From the NCBI GenBank assembly GCA_963789895.1, contig CAWBMC010000002.1:276548-340547 (forward strand): DNA of 64,000 nt. The letters are read 5' to 3'. The notes under the pieces were generated by a model, which was not told the DNA's origin, ran no database searches, and saw only the letters and a program-made list of their open reading frames with translations. A program made the translations under genes and the position numbers. The stretch is from an uncultured Actinomycetes bacterium. GTDB lineage: Bacteria > Actinomycetota > Thermoleophilia > Gaiellales > Gaiellaceae. How positions within the stretch are numbered: position 1 is the stretch's first letter; every line of letters starts with the position of its first letter. Shown one piece after another: positions 61,232 to 64,000 of this stretch.

Positions 61232-62509
61232 GCGGAAGCGATCTTCTCGATCTCCGCCGCGATGCCTTCGAGGCCGACCGCCCGCGACGCCTTGACGAGA
61301 ACCGCGTCACCCGGCTGAACGAGCTCGACTGCGTCGGCGAAAGCGCCCGCGTCCGGGATCCAACGCTCCTGTGCCGCTCCTCCGAGGTAGGCGCGTGCGG
61401 GCTCGCCGACCGCGACGAGCACCTCGAGCCCGACGGCGGCGATCAGCTCGCCGATCTCTGCGTGATAGCGGTCGCTCTCGGCGCCGAGCTCGGCCATCTC
61501 GCCCAGCACGGCGACCCGCCGGCGGCCGTCGCGCTCGCTCCGTGAGATCCTCGAGCGCGGCGCGCATCGAGGTGGGGTTCGCGTTGTACGCGTCGTTGAC
61601 GACGAAGCCGCCGCCGCGCAGCGGGTGCGTCTCGCCGCGCCAGGGGGACAGCTCGATCTGCGCGGCGCCTTCCTGCGGCGCGCTCGAGCGGCAGGCCGAG
61701 CGCGTCGTATGCGGTGAGCGCGGCGAGGACGTTCTCGGCGAGATGTCGCCGGTCGAACGGGAGCTCGAGGTCGAGCGCACGACCACCGACCCAGAAGCGC
61801 CAGCGCCCATCGTCGAGGCGGTCGACGGTCGAGCGGTCGAAGCGGCGGATCTCGACGGGCACGCGGCCGAGGTACGGCTCGAGCTCCGGCGCGTCCGCCG
61901 GGAGGACGGCGACGCCCCCTGCCGGTAGCGCCTCGATCGCCTCCGCGTTGGTGCGGGCGACGTCGTCGACCGTGCCGACCAGCTCGAGGTGCTCGGGGCC
62001 GATGGACGTCACGACGACGACGTGCGGCTGGGCGACGGCGCACAGCTCGGCGATCTGACCGGCACCGCGCATCCCCATCTCGGTCACGAGCACGCGTGTC
62101 TCCGGCTCGAGGCGCAGCACGGTGAGCGGTAGTCCGATCTCGTTGTTCTGGCTCGCCTCCGCCGCACACGGTCGGCGTCACGGCTGCGCACAAGGCTCCC
62201 AGCGCATCCTTCGTCGACGTCTTTCCGGTCGAGCCGACGACGGCGACGACGCGTGCGTCGGAGCGCGAGCGGACGAGGGAGGCGAGGGTTGCCAGCGCGC
62301 GCGTGCTGGTCGTCGGGGACGAGAGCGGCCGCACCGCGATCGAGCGCGTCGTCGACGAAGCTGACACCCGTGTTCAGCGCCACGAAGAGATCGCCCGGCT
62401 CCGCGACGCGCGAGTCGGCATGGACGCGGCGCACGAGCCCGCCTGCCGGCGCACCGCGCAGCTCACCCAGCGCGAGCCCTGCCAGCTCCTCCCAGGAGAG
62501 CTCGATCAC
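61225..62509 (-). CDS. murF: MurF ligase (frameshifts)
   Basis: DSR, GSTGKTSTK, EMGM, DAYNANP, LGEMAELG, VKASR. Confidence 0.92.
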
Positions 62510-62603
62510 GCGCCGTGTCCTGTGCCGCGCGGTCGACGGCCGTCGGGTCTGAGCCTGGTCTCGTCCCTTCGAGACGGCTGCATGTGTGCCGATTCTGTGC
62601 CGG

Positions 62604-64000
62604 TCAATCCACAGCCTCCCGCCGAAGGACCGCGCGCGCGACGTCGCGGTCGTCGAAGGGCTGCACGACGCCGTCGATCTCCTGACCCTGCTCGTGGCCC
62701 TTGCCGGCGATGACGACGACGTCACCTTCTGCCGCCATCCGGAGCGCCGTTTCGATCGCGGAGCGGCGGTCCGGGTCGATCTCCACGTCCGTTCCCGTCC
62801 CCTGGACGACGTCCTCGATGATGGCGAGCGGCGCCTCCGACCGTGGGTTGTCGCTCGTCACGATGACGACGTCGGCGCGTGCGCGTCGCGACCTGACCCA
62901 TCGGCCGCCGCTTCTCCTTGTCTCGGTCGCCACCGGCGCCGAAGACGGCGATCACCCGACCCGGGCCGAGATCGCGTGCCGCCTGCAACACGGTGTCGAG
63001 CGCGTCCGGCGTGTGCGCGTAGTCGACCACGACGGCGAACGCCTGCCCTTCGTCGACGGCCTCGAACCGACCCGGCACCCCCCGGACAGCACCGACGCCG
63101 CGTCGGATCTCGTCGTCGTCGAGGTCGAGCAGGAGCCCGGCCGCCACGGCGCCGAGCACGTTCTCGACGTTGAAGATCCCGAGCAGCGCCGTCTCGATCT
63201 CGATCCCGGCGGCCGTGAAGCGGGCTCCGCGCGGCCCGAGCACGAGACCGTCCGCCCGCACCTCCGCCTCGGGGCGGAGCCCGTACGTGACGAGCGGCGC
63301 GCGGTGTGCGCCGGCGAGCTCGTCGGCCAGACGCCGGCCGTACGGGTCGCCGATGTTGATCGCGGCCGGTGGCGGCACGACGCCGGTGAACAGCCGGCGC
63401 TTGGCCTGGAAGTACTCCTCCATGTCGCCGTGCAGGTCGAGGTGGTCCTGCGTCAGGTTCGTGAAGACGAGCGCCTCGAAGCGGACGCGGTCGAGCCGCC
63501 GGAAGTGCGACCCGTGCGACGAAGCCTCGAGCGCGGCCGCGTCGTCGCCGGCGGCGAGCCATCTCGCGCGAGCAGCCGCTGCAGATCGACCGACTCCGGC
63601 GTCGTGTGCGGCGCTGCCCGCGGCACACCCCCCACGATCCATTCCACGGTGCCGACGAGACCGGCCCGCCGCCCTGCGGCCTCGAGGATCGAGCGCAGCA
63701 GGATAGGCCGTCGTCGTCTTGCCGTTGGTGCCGGTCACACCCGCGATCTGGAGTCGCTCGCTCGGGTGGTCGAAAAGCTCGTCGGCGGCGACGGCCATCG
63801 CAGCCCGGACGTCCGCGACGACGAGCTGGGGCACGACGACATCGAGCGGGACGCTCGACGACGAGTGCCACCGCGCCCGCCTGCACTGCCTCGGCGGCGA
63901 GGTCGTGGCCGTCGACCCTGCTGCCGCGGACGCAGCAGAAGAGCGAGCCCGCCGTCACCCGGCGCGTGTCGTAGGCGACGTCTGTGATCTCGACCGGTCG
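62604..64000 (-). CDS. murE: MurE ligase (frameshifts; 5' end outside the window)
   Basis: [36 protein letters not shown] (meso-DAP type), AGKGHE. Confidence 0.93.

Noticed and set aside
52280-64000. Multiple frameshifts in gcvT, murB, murC, murG, murD, mraY, murF and murE (also hutH, the peptidase and the SARP 5' end) read as loss of the cell wall or as programmed frameshifting
   Set aside because: Catalytic motifs are intact with no accumulated nonsense decay, there are no slippery motifs, and density rises toward the window end; this fits long-read or low-coverage indel errors

Overview
High-GC (about 70%) actinobacterial chromosome segment. Gene content and order suggest a deep-branching lineage such as Thermoleophilia/Gaiellales; this is inference only. 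Most of the window is minus-strand core genome: a degenerate pyruvate-carboxylase-type CT gene, efp, pepQ/aroQ/aroKB/aroC, aroE-mltG-ruvX-alaS, mnmA, a probable 6S RNA, aspS-hisS, a hutHUI+ftcD histidine catabolism cluster, tRNA-Gln(CTG), tRNA-Glu(CTC), gltX, nfo, rlmN, gcvTHP and the dcw cluster (murE to ftsZ). There are two accessory patches. The first (about 7.0-13.0 kb) splits the aro operon and carries a repeat-flanked SARP-TM-BMP membrane regulator with a divergent secreted protein. The second (about 33.7-34.7 kb) is a remnant of an element integrated at tRNA-Glu. The strongest leads are: a compact twin-motif RsiG-like c-di-GMP anti-sigma factor with its own sigma28/WhiG-type promoter; the SARP-BMP one-component system with an 11-bp-phased operator; a UnbU(RnfD-like)-UnbV(CRTAC1) fusion with no enediyne PKS nearby; a covarying palindrome family translated into protein N-termini; and a catalytically degenerate carboxyltransferase. 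The many frameshifts in essential genes, concentrated at 52-64 kb, are most likely sequencing indels. All calls come from reading motifs by eye; no database searches were run.
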